Under the pieces are notes generated by a model. It was not told the DNA's origin and did not search any database. It saw only the letters and a program-made list of their open reading frames with translations. Both the position numbers and the translations under genes were made by a program. Of a stretch of DNA of 64,000 bases, positions 48,768 through 58,488 are shown piece by piece. Position 1 is the stretch's first letter, and every line of letters begins with the position of its first letter. Source of the stretch: Truepera sp. (lineage in GTDB: Bacteria; Deinococcota; Deinococci; Deinococcales; Trueperaceae); assembly GCA_965218435.1 (NCBI GenBank), contig CBDCKW010000009.1, positions 1,952,001 through 2,016,000 on the forward strand, given 5' to 3'.

Positions 48768-49577
48768 CTAACGGCGCGGCAATAGGGCGGCGGCGACGAA
48801 CAGCGCCGCTTGCGTCAAGATGATGGTGCTGCCGGAGGGAACCTCGAGAAAAAACGACGCCACGAGCCCAACGACGGTGCTCAACATTCCAAAGACGACG
48901 CTCAGCAGCGTCATCTGAAAGAGCGACCGAGAAACGAGCCGTGCCGCCGCTGCTGGAATCACCAGATACGCCGCAATCAAGATCGCCCCGACGACCCGTA
49001 CCGACACGACGATGACCACGGCGGCGAGCGCAAAGAGCAGATATTCCAACCGCCGCGTTTTGACGCCGTCGGTCTGCGCGAGTTCGGCGTCGAAGGTCGC
49101 GTAGGCGAGGCGTCCCCAGAGCGCCCCCAAGAGCCCCAAACCGAGCGGCGTAACGCCCGCGATAATCAGGAGTTCCTGATGGCCGATCCCTAAAATCGAA
49201 CCAAATAAGAGGTTCCAGGCGTCTACGCTGTAATCGGTCTCGAGGCTGATAAAAATCACACCCAGCGCGACCGCCACCGCAAAAAAGATACCGATCGCCG
49301 TATCTGACGAAAGCTGCGTCCGGTCACGAACCCAGGCGATGCCTAAAGACGTTAGAAGCGTAAACGGTAGCGCCACCCAGAGCGGTTGGCTCACCCCGAC
49401 GAGTAAGCCGAGCGCCACCCCGCCGAACGCCGCGTGCGCGAGTCCGTCCCCTAAAAACGACAGGCCGCGCTGCACCACAAACACACCCAGTACCGAACTC
49501 ATCAAGGCGACGAGTAAACCGGCCAAGAGTGCCCGCTGCATAAAAGGCAGCTGAAAAATGCTCCATAGTTCGGCCAT
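48768..49577 (-). CDS. Zn/Mn ABC permease (ZnuB-like)
   Basis: FLGDGLAHAAFGG, LFGSIL, VGAILIAAYLVIP; start MAELW. Confidence 0.92.
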   Translation of the reverse strand: MAELWSIFQLPFMQRALLAGLLVALMSSVLGVFVVQRGLSFLGDGLAHAAFGGVALGLLVGVSQPLWVALPFTLLTSLGIAWVRDRTQLSSDTAIGIFFAVAVALGVIFISLETDYSVDAWNLLFGSILGIGHQELLIIAGVTPLGLGLLGALWGRLAYATFDAELAQTDGVKTRRLEYLLFALAAVVIVVSVRVVGAILIAAYLVIPAAAARLVSRSLFQMTLLSVVFGMLSTVVGLVASFFLEVPSGSTIILTQAALFVAAALLPRR

Positions 49578-49579
49578 TT

Positions 49580-50314
49580 TTAGACGGCAAGCCCGTGACT
49601 GTGCCCGAGGTGACCGAACGCTCGTTGCAGGCAATCTTCACAGAGCACCTCAGCGGGCAGGCCGAAACCGTGTAAGCGCCGGTTGAGCACCGCCACGTGT
49701 GACGAGTGGTAACGCGCCGCCGTGAGGTCGTGGGTAATCATCGCTACCGTCGCGCCACTTTTGGCCTGATACGTTTCCAGCAGGTCGTAAAGATCATGTT
49801 CAGCTAAAAAGTCCACCCCGGTCGCTGGTTCGTCGAGCAAAACGAGCGCCGGACGGCGCACGAGGGCACGGGCTAAAAACGCCCGTTGCAACTCGCCACC
49901 GGAAAGCTTAGCGAGGGTCCTGGCCGCCAACTTCTCTGCGCCCACCTCCGCGAGCGTGCGCCGCGCCGCGTCCCGCTCAGGCGGGCGCACACGCGCGGGC
50001 CAGCTCCGGCGCAACCCCGAGACGACGAGCTCTAGCACCGTCGCCGGAAACGTCCGGTCAAAGGTTTTAAGCTGCGGCACATAACCGATCCGTTCCGGGT
50101 GCCGCCCAGCGTCCTCACCAAAGAGGGCCACGTGTCCCTTAAGCGGCGTCACGAGCCCCAACGCGACCTTCATCAGCGTTGATTTACCCGCTCCGTTCGG
50201 CCCCACAATTGCTAAAAACTCACCGGCCGCGAGGTCAAACGACACATCGTGTAAAACTTCAGCTTCACCGAAACGGACGCTGACGTGGTGGAAGTGCAGA
50301 GCGGGCGGGGTCAC
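49580..50314 (-). CDS. Zn/Mn ABC ATP-binding protein (ZnuC-like)
   Basis: GPNGAGKST, GYVPQ, LSGGELQR, DEPATGVD, His/Cys-rich tail. Confidence 0.92.
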   Translation of the reverse strand: MTPPALHFHHVSVRFGEAEVLHDVSFDLAAGEFLAIVGPNGAGKSTLMKVALGLVTPLKGHVALFGEDAGRHPERIGYVPQLKTFDRTFPATVLELVVSGLRRSWPARVRPPERDAARRTLAEVGAEKLAARTLAKLSGGELQRAFLARALVRRPALVLLDEPATGVDFLAEHDLYDLLETYQAKSGATVAMITHDLTAARYHSSHVAVLNRRLHGFGLPAEVLCEDCLQRAFGHLGHSHGLAV

Positions 50315-50472
50315 AACTCGTCAGCTTGCGCCGGAATGGGTGAGCGGGTTGCACGGGTTGTGCTACGCCTCGAGACAACTGCCACTGAGACAACTGCCAC
50401 TGAGACAACTGCCACTGAGACAACTACCGCACCAGCAGGCAATAAAAGACGAATAATACGGAAGCGTTTCAA
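50311..50472 (-). CDS. 53-aa signal-peptide-like micro-ORF coupled to znuC
   Basis: AGAGGAG-N8-TTG; MKRFRIIRLLLPAGAVVVS(VAVVS)3RRSTT..DEL*; GTGA overlap. Confidence 0.5.
   Translation of the reverse strand: MKRFRIIRLLLPAGAVVVSVAVVSVAVVSVAVVSRRSTTRATRSPIPAQADEL
50372..50425. repeat. 15-bp tandem repeat, 3.6 copies
   Basis: GAGACAACTGCCACT three times plus GAGACAACT. Confidence 0.95.
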
Positions 50473-50495
50473 GGGCCGAACTCCTCTAAAAAATC

Positions 50496-50513
50496 TTGAG
50501 AAGCAATTCTCAA
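50496..50513. promoter_or_regulatory. Fur/Zur-like inverted repeat upstream of the metal ABC operon
   Basis: TTGAGAA-GCAA-TTCTCAA. Confidence 0.65.
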
Positions 50514-50643
50514 CAGAGCAGACTAAGGCACGAGACCGGGCCTTGTCAACGTTACTCCTGCCACGGGAAACCCGCAGGTGCAGCTCGAGCCCTTCTTTAG
50601 CAACACCGTCGCTGCTTCAACCGAGTTGTATGGATGGTTGATT

Positions 50644-50784
50644 TTGTTGTTCTGCTCTAAGTACGTGTGGGACGCTGGTTTCGTCGTCTAGCTAGCGCCT
50701 TCCTACTCTTTACTGCTTGATTCTTGCTTTTGTACTCTACGCTGCCAACAACGCTCGCTAAGCTTAAAAGCTCAGCAGCACCTA
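50644..50784. mobile_element. MITE-like repeat, copy B
   Basis: Gap-free alignment to 4247-4387, about 75% identity by hand count; ends at the AI-2E stop codon. Confidence 0.65.
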
Positions 50785-51978
50785 ATCGTGCTTATTTTCT
50801 TCAGGAACCACCCGGATACGGCGACGCTCCCGCAAAGCCCGCACCCGCTGGGGTAACCGGGTGTCCCTAGCGTGCGGAGCCGGGCTAGGCAGCGCCACCG
50901 ACACCGCACGGTCTCGTAAACCCAAAAGACCGTAACTGTACAGCTCACGCACCAGCGCGATCAGCACCGCGAGCAGCGGCACGGCGAGGAGAACGCCCAC
51001 CACGCCGAAGATATACCCGGCCAAAATCTGTGTGACGAGGGTCGCCGCAGGCGGGATGCTGAGCTGACGGCGAACGATGGAGGGCGTTAAGACGTTACTC
51101 TCGAGCAGCTGTATCCCCAAGTACGCCGCGACCATCAGCGGAATCCGCGTCGGGTCGGTGACGAGCAAAAAGACTACGATGGGAATCACGGGCAAGATTG
51201 CGCCGATATTCGGAATAAAGGTGGCAAGTCCGGCAAAAACCGCGACGACCATCACGTTGGGCATCCCTAGCGCACCTAAAATCAGCGCCACTAGGCTGAC
51301 CGTTATCGAAATCGAAATGAGCAGCGTCGAGAGCCACGTCCTGAGCGTGTGATAGAGCACGCTCCAGAGCCCGCGCAGCTGCGCCTGTCGCCGCGCCGGA
51401 ACCAGATAGAGGCTGGCCCGCACATACGCTTTGGGTTCCGCGATAAAAAAGATCGCCAGCATCACGACCAGAAACAAGTTGGCTAAAAGTGTAAACACGA
51501 AGTTGCCGCCGCTGACCAAAACCGGCAGACCCTGACTGAGGGCGTTACCGACGAGTTGCCGGAGGCGTTCGGGGGTAAACGAGGCGCTGTTTAAGTTGCC
51601 CGTCAGAGGTGGCAGCGTCCGGCCCAAGAGGGTGTCTTGGTCACTCAACGCGGTGTACGACTGGCTCAGCCGAGTGACGAACGCCGGGACACGCTGCGCC
51701 AATGCGTAGAGGTCGGCCCCGATTGCCGGGACGAGCCAAACACTTAAACCCGACCCGAGCGCCAAAACCAGCAGCACCGACAAGATAACAGCCAGCGCCC
51801 GGGGCAGCACGCGCTCCAAATAGCTCACCGGAATACTGACCAACACCGCCAAGACAATCGCCAAAAACGCCAGGATGAAGGTCGTACGAAACCGCCACAA
51901 CGCAACCAAAAATACGAGGATAACCAGTACGAACAGGGTTCGCAGCGCAAACTTCCGAAACGTCACTCGGGCCTCCAT
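50782..51978 (-). CDS. AI-2E family transporter
   Basis: FIPNIGA, QLLESNVLTP, GVLLAVPL. Confidence 0.9.
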   Translation of the reverse strand: MEARVTFRKFALRTLFVLVILVFLVALWRFRTTFILAFLAIVLAVLVSIPVSYLERVLPRALAVILSVLLVLALGSGLSVWLVPAIGADLYALAQRVPAFVTRLSQSYTALSDQDTLLGRTLPPLTGNLNSASFTPERLRQLVGNALSQGLPVLVSGGNFVFTLLANLFLVVMLAIFFIAEPKAYVRASLYLVPARRQAQLRGLWSVLYHTLRTWLSTLLISISITVSLVALILGALGMPNVMVVAVFAGLATFIPNIGAILPVIPIVVFLLVTDPTRIPLMVAAYLGIQLLESNVLTPSIVRRQLSIPPAATLVTQILAGYIFGVVGVLLAVPLLAVLIALVRELYSYGLLGLRDRAVSVALPSPAPHARDTRLPQRVRALRERRRIRVVPEENKHD

Positions 51979-52078
51979 TTTAGCAGTCGGCAGCTATTCA
52001 TCGTTCGCCTACCCTATCACCAAGAACAGCAGCCATATCTGGTGTAGATTAAAGCAAATCAGAAGTGAAAGGATAACT

Positions 52079-52927
52079 ATGATCAAATACGGCGCACATG
52101 GGTTTGTTTGGCTGGGGGACTGGAGCACCGAAGCGGGTAACGACACGATTCGCAGAGCGGCCGAGACGGGCTTCGACCTCCTCGAGATTCCCCTACTAGA
52201 CCCGGACAATTTTGACGCGAAAAGTCATAAGCGGGTTTTGGATGAGGTAGGGCTCGAGGCCACCATCTCGCTCGCGCTGCCCCGCGAAGTGCACATGCCC
52301 GACCACCCCGAAGAGGCCAAAAGGTTTTTGCGCCGCATTTTGGACCATATGGACGAACTCGGCAGTACCTATCTTGCCGGTTGCCTCGGCTACTCGCTCG
52401 GAGCCTTAACGGGCAAACCGCCGACCGCCGAAGAACGCCAGATTATCGTAGACAACTTACGTGAAGTGGCCGAGGACGCCAAAGTGCGCGGCATTACGAT
52501 GGCGTTAGAAGCGTGTAACCGCTACGAGACGCACCTTTACAACACGCTCTCCGACACCCGCGAGGCGGTGCTCGCCATCGGCACCGAGAATATGCAACTT
52601 CACGCCGACACCTATCACATGAATATCGAAGAGGAGGGCTTTTACACGCCCTTCGCCCAAACAAAAGACGTTTTAGGGCACGTCCACATGAGCGAAAGCC
52701 ACCGTGGACTCGTCGGTACCGGCACCGTGAACTGGGATGAAGCGTTTCGGGGCCTGAAAGACGCGAACTTTTCCGGCAATTTGGTCTTAGAATCGTTTGC
52801 CGCCATCAATCCGACGATTGCCGCTGCCACCTGCTTGTGGCGTCCGACGAATCAGCCGCCGGAGGTTTTGGCGACGCAGGGCTTGGCTTTTTTGAAAGAA
52901 GGCGCGAGAAAACACGGTTTAGCCTAA
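52079..52927 (+). CDS. D-psicose/D-tagatose 3-epimerase-like sugar epimerase
   Basis: LEACNRYE, DTYHMNIEE, HVHMSESHRG..GTG, LESF. Confidence 0.88.
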   Translation: MIKYGAHGFVWLGDWSTEAGNDTIRRAAETGFDLLEIPLLDPDNFDAKSHKRVLDEVGLEATISLALPREVHMPDHPEEAKRFLRRILDHMDELGSTYLAGCLGYSLGALTGKPPTAEERQIIVDNLREVAEDAKVRGITMALEACNRYETHLYNTLSDTREAVLAIGTENMQLHADTYHMNIEEEGFYTPFAQTKDVLGHVHMSESHRGLVGTGTVNWDEAFRGLKDANFSGNLVLESFAAINPTIAAATCLWRPTNQPPEVLATQGLAFLKEGARKHGLA

Positions 52928-52947
52928 GCCGAAGCTCAGATAACTAT

Positions 52948-52974
52948 GCCCGGCACCTTTTGTAGGTGCCGGGC
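52948..52974. terminator. Terminator hairpin between convergent genes
   Basis: GCCCGGCACCT-N5-AGGTGCCGGGC. Confidence 0.8.
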
Positions 52975-53013
52975 TACTTTGGGTAAAAACGCGTTACTGA
53001 GAACAGACGTTAC

Positions 53014-53241
53014 TTACAGGTCATCCTCGTTCTCATCTTCTAGCACCACGTCATAATCGTCTTCATCTGATTCGTACTCGTCATCATCAGGGTACTGATC
53101 GTCTTCTAACGAATTGGAACTCTCGTCGAGTTCATCAGGGTACATGTCGTAGTCCACCGCTTCGGTTTCGTCGTCAAAATCATCCGGATTGGTCTGTAGG
53201 TAAAGCCGCTGCACAGTAGAAGAACCTGTAGAAAAGTCCAT
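53014..53241 (-). CDS. Very acidic small protein
   Basis: AGGAGGG RBS; 32 of 75 residues are D/E. Confidence 0.65.
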   Translation of the reverse strand: MDFSTGSSTVQRLYLQTNPDDFDDETEAVDYDMYPDELDESSNSLEDDQYPDDDEYESDEDDYDVVLEDENEDDL

Positions 53242-53313
53242 CTTTCCCTCCTGCGGTTATTTTGAGCAAGCGGCGAACGTAAAACTGTAAGGCGGGGCAA
53301 AGTTATGGCACGA

Positions 53314-54537
53314 TTATTGAATGGTGATGCGGTCGGGTGAAACGACCTCAAACCAACCGCCTGTCTTAGAGCCGCCGTCAAGCCGAACTATGACCGCAGA
53401 ACCTATATTCTTATCTGCGCTAAATGCTTTGACGAAACGAACCGGTTCTTGAGGGAGTTTGGCAGAAAAAGCATTACCGTCTTCTATACGAATAACTTCA
53501 AAAGAAACGTCGAAGTCTACAGGAGAGTAGTCAGTCATTTTTGCAAAAAAGTCTTTGAGGGTTCTAGGGTCTAGTACAGTGATAACACCGTAAACACCTG
53601 GTTGCGCCGCTTTTAGCTCGAGCTTAGTCCCTTCTAATGGCGTATCTGTATCTACACGTGGATTTACAACGAAAAAACCTTGCTTCATCTCGATTGGGTT
53701 GACTAAGTTTCTAAAGAAAATGTTCTCGAGATAGTTATCATAGAATTCATTGCCGTTTACCGACCTCAATTTGGTTCCGACTTGGAACGAGATATCGCCG
53801 AGATGCACGGTAGGATTTTTGGTCCCTTCAAGACGGATGGGCAGTTTAGACTGCTTACCTATGGCCTTAAGCAAATCCCAGAGTGAAAGAGCATTGGGAA
53901 CAGCAGAGATTTCAGTACCTTTAGTCGTTTCGTTCGAGTCGAGAGACCACACTACTTCACCCGAGTCATTAATGAATAGCGAAGAAGTACCTAAAGGAAC
54001 TTTAATCGGAGGTAGGTTGGGAAACGTGAGCATCAGCATTTTACCCTCTTGGCGAACTGTCACACCCTGCGCTTCTAACGTTTTTGTCAACGCTTTTGTG
54101 TCGAGCCAGAGGTTATTATCCAACTTCTGACACGAGTTGAAAGCTCTAAGCACGGAGTCAGTTCGGAGAGCCTCTGTACACTTTGGTGAAGGCCAGTAGA
54201 AGGAACCTATCACCGGCGACTGTGCAACGCCTTTCGGCAAAAACGCCGCTATCAAGACAAACGCCGCCGCTAACGCCGCCCCTGAGCCTAACAACGTTGG
54301 AAAGGTATAAAGCTTCGCCATCCCTAAACTCACCTCCTGTGGTTTACCCAGTTCTGCAAGTGCCTTTTTTACGGCGTCCGTTTCCCTCAACCCGGCAATC
54401 TGATAACTCAGCGCCCGCTCGTGCAGGTGCGCCGCCAGCTCTTCTCTGACCTCGAGCCGCTTTTTACCCCACAGCCCCCGCGTCGCCCGCCGTAAGTACG
54501 TTTCTACCTGGGTTTCGGTTGCCGCTTCGTGCTTCAT
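53314..54537 (-). CDS. PadR-associated membrane protein (permease-prefix/HAAS-like N-terminus, one TM, large exported domain)
   Basis: YLRRATRGL..REELAAHL.E..A..ELGKP; ATGA overlap with the padR-family gene. Confidence 0.75.
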   Translation of the reverse strand: MKHEAATETQVETYLRRATRGLWGKKRLEVREELAAHLHERALSYQIAGLRETDAVKKALAELGKPQEVSLGMAKLYTFPTLLGSGAALAAAFVLIAAFLPKGVAQSPVIGSFYWPSPKCTEALRTDSVLRAFNSCQKLDNNLWLDTKALTKTLEAQGVTVRQEGKMLMLTFPNLPPIKVPLGTSSLFINDSGEVVWSLDSNETTKGTEISAVPNALSLWDLLKAIGKQSKLPIRLEGTKNPTVHLGDISFQVGTKLRSVNGNEFYDNYLENIFFRNLVNPIEMKQGFFVVNPRVDTDTPLEGTKLELKAAQPGVYGVITVLDPRTLKDFFAKMTDYSPVDFDVSFEVIRIEDGNAFSAKLPQEPVRFVKAFSADKNIGSAVIVRLDGGSKTGGWFEVVSPDRITIQ

Positions 54538-54860
54538 TTCGCCCCCCAAAGTGCGCCGACCGCGCCGTTAAAGCGTTCCCAAGCGGCGCGTTTTTCAGCG
54601 AGCTGTTTGACGCCCGCGTCGGTCAGGCGGTAGTAGCGGCGGCGTGGGCCGCCCGTGTCGGACGGAGCAAACTCGGCCCCCAAGAAGCGGGCTTTCTCGA
54701 GCCGGTGCAGCGCCGGGTAGAGACTTCCCTCCTTGAAGTTGAAGTAACCGTCGGTACGGTCTTTGGCTTCAGCGATAATCTCTAAACCGTATTTGGGACC
54801 GTCCTCTAAAATGGCGAGCAAGATGAGGTCGAAGTTGTCGCGCAGCAAACCTTTACTCAT
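54534..54860 (-). CDS. PadR family transcriptional regulator
   Basis: YGLEI, EGSLYPALHRLE, RRYYRLT..G; GGAGG RBS. Confidence 0.93.
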   Translation of the reverse strand: MSKGLLRDNFDLILLAILEDGPKYGLEIIAEAKDRTDGYFNFKEGSLYPALHRLEKARFLGAEFAPSDTGGPRRRYYRLTDAGVKQLAEKRAAWERFNGAVGALWGAK

Positions 54861-54881
54861 GGCACCTCCGTGCAGCATTTT

Positions 54882-54935
54882 TACATAGCGTCGCTAGGTA
54901 GGTGCATAGTAAGCTTAGGTAGCTAGCTTGTCAAG
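54882..54935 (-). promoter_or_regulatory. Promoter of the PadR-family gene with tandem imperfect palindromes
   Basis: Minus strand TTGACA-N17-TACTAT; TACATAGCG-T-CGCTAGGTA and the related TGCATAGTAAGCTTAGGTA. Confidence 0.55.
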
Positions 54936-55016
54936 TATCAGCTTGTCAAGCTTTTGGAGTGTCAAGCCGGGTGTACGCTGGCTTAACTCGAGGTGTAAAG
55001 ACATGGAGGTGTCAGG

Positions 55017-55781
55017 GTGGCGCGTCAGGGTATGAGGGGCTCAACGGTCTTTGGCATCGTTTTGGGTGCGGCGCTCGTGGTGAGCTTTATCAGCTCGAGG
55101 CGGGGTGGCGCGGAAGCGGGGCAGGTTTTGGTCTCATCGGGTAATGGTGTCGCGGAAACGAGAGACATCGGGCGTTTTAGCGGCGTCAGTTTGTCGGGGA
55201 TTGGCAACGTCACGGTGAGCCTGGGCGAGAAACCGAGCCTCGAGGTGCGTGCGCCAGAAAATGTGCGGAGGAGCTTGCAAATCACCGTCGAGCACGACAC
55301 CCTGATGCTTCGCACCAAACGCGGCGCACGGTTGCCGAGGGGAAGCCGCGTCAGCTACCGCGTGGTGACGCCGAGCTTAGAACGGCTTGCTGTGTCGGGC
55401 GCAGGTGACATCCGGGCCGAGAAGCTCGAGGGGGACGGCGTGACCCTCTCATCAAGTGGGGCAGGCAGTCTTTATGTTCAAGACGTGCAGGCAGACGAGC
55501 TCGAGGCCGACTTGACCGGCGCGGGCGATATGCAGCTTTCGGGTAAGGTAGGTGAGCAAAAGGTCACGGTTTCGGGTGCGGGCAGCTATCAGGCGTGTGC
55601 GTTAGAAAGCGAAGACGCTGAAATTGATGTTTCGGGTGCAGGCGACGCGTTTGTTCAGGCTACCGACATCTTAGACGTCACGGTGTCCGGGGCGAGCGAC
55701 GTGCGTTACCGGGGCGACGCGGAGGTCTCCTCGAGCGTTTCCGGCAGCGGCTCGGTGTCGCGTTCGGAGAGCTGCGGTTAG
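55017..55781 (+). CDS. Head GIN domain (DUF2807)-like beta-solenoid protein
   Basis: N-terminal TM/signal; repeated SGAG motifs. Confidence 0.85.
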   Translation: MARQGMRGSTVFGIVLGAALVVSFISSRRGGAEAGQVLVSSGNGVAETRDIGRFSGVSLSGIGNVTVSLGEKPSLEVRAPENVRRSLQITVEHDTLMLRTKRGARLPRGSRVSYRVVTPSLERLAVSGAGDIRAEKLEGDGVTLSSSGAGSLYVQDVQADELEADLTGAGDMQLSGKVGEQKVTVSGAGSYQACALESEDAEIDVSGAGDAFVQATDILDVTVSGASDVRYRGDAEVSSSVSGSGSVSRSESCG

Positions 55782-55862
55782 GCACCGGTTAAACGTCTGC
55801 TCTCATCCAAAACGTAAGCTGTCCTGTGATTTAGACGTGCAAAAAGGTGAACACTAAAAAAC

Positions 55863-56099
55863 ATGTCTGCCGATATTGACTCCAAACGTGCCACCCCCGA
55901 CGAGTACACCCGCGAAATCGAGCGTATCCACAAACTTATTGACGCAATTCACCAGCAGGCTGAAACTCTGCAGCGAGCAGCGCACGACCTACCTGACGGT
56001 CAAGGCCAAGAGCTTGACGATAAGGCTGCCGAACTGCTTCACGTCGCTGACGAAATGTTAGAAGAGGTTGGGGAGCTCGAGCACCACCAGCACTCCTAA
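55863..56099 (+). CDS. Small helical hypothetical protein
   Basis: Coiled-coil-like 78-aa ORF with plausible RBS. Confidence 0.55.
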   Translation: MSADIDSKRATPDEYTREIERIHKLIDAIHQQAETLQRAAHDLPDGQGQELDDKAAELLHVADEMLEEVGELEHHQHS

Positions 56100-56110
56100 T
56101 CCCAGCCAGC

Positions 56111-57601
56111 CTAGAGCTTGTGAACGACACCCTTCGTCGCTTCGTAAAGCGCCTTATATTGCTCAAACAGCGCGTCGTAGCGAGAGGCTAACGCTTTATT
56201 CGGTTCAACGGTGCGCGTCTCCCCTACCCACGCGCTGAGGTCGTCACGGTTGACCAGACCGGTTGCCAATCCAGCTAAAAAGGCGTCGCCGTAACTTGCG
56301 CCGATGGTTTCTTTGGGCACGACTTGTGGGGTTTTAGCAATGTCGGTAACGAGCTGCACCCAGGTGTCACCCTGCGTGCCGCCGCCGACGGCAACCACTC
56401 GTTTAGGCGGCGCACCGAGGTCTCTAAACGCTTCGATATTCTGCCGAATGCCGAAACCGACCCCTTCCAAAGTCGCCCGGAAAAGATGCTCACGGGTGTG
56501 CGAAAGGGTCAGTCCGGCAATGACGCCTTTGGCGCGCGGGTCATTGATAGGCGTGCGTTCACCGCTAAAATAAGGCAGCAGCAAGAGACCCTCTGAACCG
56601 GGGGCGATGGTTTTAGCGCCGTCAAAAAGCTTGGCGTAAGCTTCATCTTCAGGATATTCCTGCGCGAAGTTGTCACGAAACCAGCGCGTCAGCGAGCCAG
56701 TCGTAGACATTCCGGCGGCGAGCGCGTATTGACCTGCAAACGCGCCCGCGGTTGTCCAAGTCCGCACATCGGGCACGGGTTGCGTCAAAACTAAGATAAA
56801 AAAGGTCGTGCTGCCGTACATCACCATCAGGTCGCCGGGCTCCGTCACGCCGACACTCAAGGCTTCGCTGAGGGCGTCTACTGCGCCGACGGCGACAGGC
56901 GTCCCGGCTTTAAGGCCCGTTTCTTGGGCGGCTTCGGGGGTGATTTCACCCGCGACTTCGTCACTCCAGGCGAGGCGCGGGAGCAGCGAAAGAGGCGCAA
57001 CGGCGTCAGCAAAACGGGGGGACCACTCGAGCGTCTCTATATCAATGAGCGGCATGTAGTGGCTCGCCGTGTGTTTATCCATCACCCATTCTTGCGTCAG
57101 GCGGTAGACCAGATAACCGCTGGCTGTCGTCAGGTGCGCAGTTTTGGCCCAGACCTCCGGTTCGTGACGCTTAAGCCACAAGATTTTCGGGCCGATGGCC
57201 TGGGAGGTCAAGGCCATCCCGGAAAACTCGAAGATCGTTTCTTCGCCAAGTTGCTCGTTGAGGATGTCAATCTCTTCGCCAGCACGGGTATCTACCCCAT
57301 ACAAAATCCCTTTGCGGAGCGGTCGCCCCTCTTTATCGAGTGGCAGCAGACACGGCCCGATGGCGCTGACCGCAACGCCCGCCACGTCGTCCCCGCTGTA
57401 CGGCGACCCGTTAAGTAAAACCCGACAGATACTTACGACATCGGCCCACCACACTTTGTCAGCGTCTTGCTCGGCCCAACCGGGGTACGGAATGTCCATC
57501 TTGTGCGGAACGACGTGCTGCTTTAAGACCTCGCCCGCCGGGGTCACGAGCACGCCTTTAGACGAATAGGTGCCGACGTCAATCCCTAAAAGAAGCTTCA
57601 T
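56111..57601 (-). CDS. FGGY family carbohydrate kinase
   Basis: LGIDVGTYSSKG, PGWAEQD, LPYFSGERTP, AVGGG. Confidence 0.93.
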   Translation of the reverse strand: MKLLLGIDVGTYSSKGVLVTPAGEVLKQHVVPHKMDIPYPGWAEQDADKVWWADVVSICRVLLNGSPYSGDDVAGVAVSAIGPCLLPLDKEGRPLRKGILYGVDTRAGEEIDILNEQLGEETIFEFSGMALTSQAIGPKILWLKRHEPEVWAKTAHLTTASGYLVYRLTQEWVMDKHTASHYMPLIDIETLEWSPRFADAVAPLSLLPRLAWSDEVAGEITPEAAQETGLKAGTPVAVGAVDALSEALSVGVTEPGDLMVMYGSTTFFILVLTQPVPDVRTWTTAGAFAGQYALAAGMSTTGSLTRWFRDNFAQEYPEDEAYAKLFDGAKTIAPGSEGLLLLPYFSGERTPINDPRAKGVIAGLTLSHTREHLFRATLEGVGFGIRQNIEAFRDLGAPPKRVVAVGGGTQGDTWVQLVTDIAKTPQVVPKETIGASYGDAFLAGLATGLVNRDDLSAWVGETRTVEPNKALASRYDALFEQYKALYEATKGVVHKL

Positions 57602-57640
57602 CCCTCTTTCTAGCACATGCGCTGCGCTTTGGGGAGATTG

Positions 57641-57776
57641 TTAGCTTCTATTGACACTCTGAAATTAGCAATTGTTGGCAGCGTGTAATACGAGAGAAGT
57701 AGGAAGACGGTGACCAGATAACGAGAATACTGTCTCTCACGTACTTAAAGCGGGATAATAAGAGCAAACATTAACC
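57641..57776 (-). mobile_element. MITE-like repeat, copy C (inverted, ~20-bp internal deletion)
   Basis: Reverse complement reads ttattatcccgctttaagtacgtgagagac..ttcctact..cacgctgccaacaa..gtcaatagaagcta. Confidence 0.6.
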
Positions 57777-57969
57777 TGGCTTGAACTTACGGATTTTGAC
57801 GAACGGGATGACTAAAAAGCTGCGACCTCAAAGCTGTGATTTCACTCGAGCACTCATCCCCGGTACCCTTATAAGCAGGTCACAAAAAAACCGCCCCGAA
57901 ATATCTAGCGGAGCGGAAACGGGTTACGGCGCGGTGTTACCAGCGTGCCGCATAGATTGACAAGTCAAC

Positions 57970-58182
57970 TTAACGCGTTTCGTCCTCGACTACGAACGAG
58001 ACTTTAGCGTTGACGCGGTAGTTGACGATTTGATCGTTTTCAACGACCGCCTGCATCTCTTTGACGTAGATACTCTGCACGCCCCGCGTCGTTTTGGTCA
58101 CTTCGGCGCAGGCCACCCGCACTGCGTCGTCAAAGCTCTTGTCGGACTGCGCTAAAACTTCGATTACCTTTACAATAGCCAT
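57970..58182 (-). CDS. Dodecin family protein
   Basis: KVIEVLAQSDKSFDDAV..YRVNAKVSF; start MAIVK. Confidence 0.9.
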   Translation of the reverse strand: MAIVKVIEVLAQSDKSFDDAVRVACAEVTKTTRGVQSIYVKEMQAVVENDQIVNYRVNAKVSFVVEDETR

Positions 58183-58488
58183 GGTTTCTCCTCTACCTGA
58201 GGGTAGCTCGAGGCCCGCCCCAATAGCAAACCGGCTAGGGTCTGCTTTATCCTTTCGGGCCAGAAAATTATAGGAAAAACCACATAAGCACAAGCCGGTC
58301 CGGTCTCCGCGCCTTTCCGCGTCTCGGCGCCAACAGGTATGCGGCTGTTACATCTTCTCTAACATAGATAGTGGTAGTCTAGCGGCACAGGAGAAGTTAT
58401 ACCCCAGGAGGTGGTAACCGGCGCAAGGTCACTGAACATCGCTATTCAAACCGTCACCACTTAGTTAAGTTAAACGTAAGGAGAGGTT

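Noticed and set aside
50372..50425. Possible CRISPR array
   Set aside because: Head-to-tail 15-bp repeats with no spacers; no cas genes.
50285..50641. + strand 118-aa ORF with ETTAT repeats
   Set aside because: No RBS, overlaps the znuC start and the operator; the minus-strand micro-ORF has an SD and coupling.
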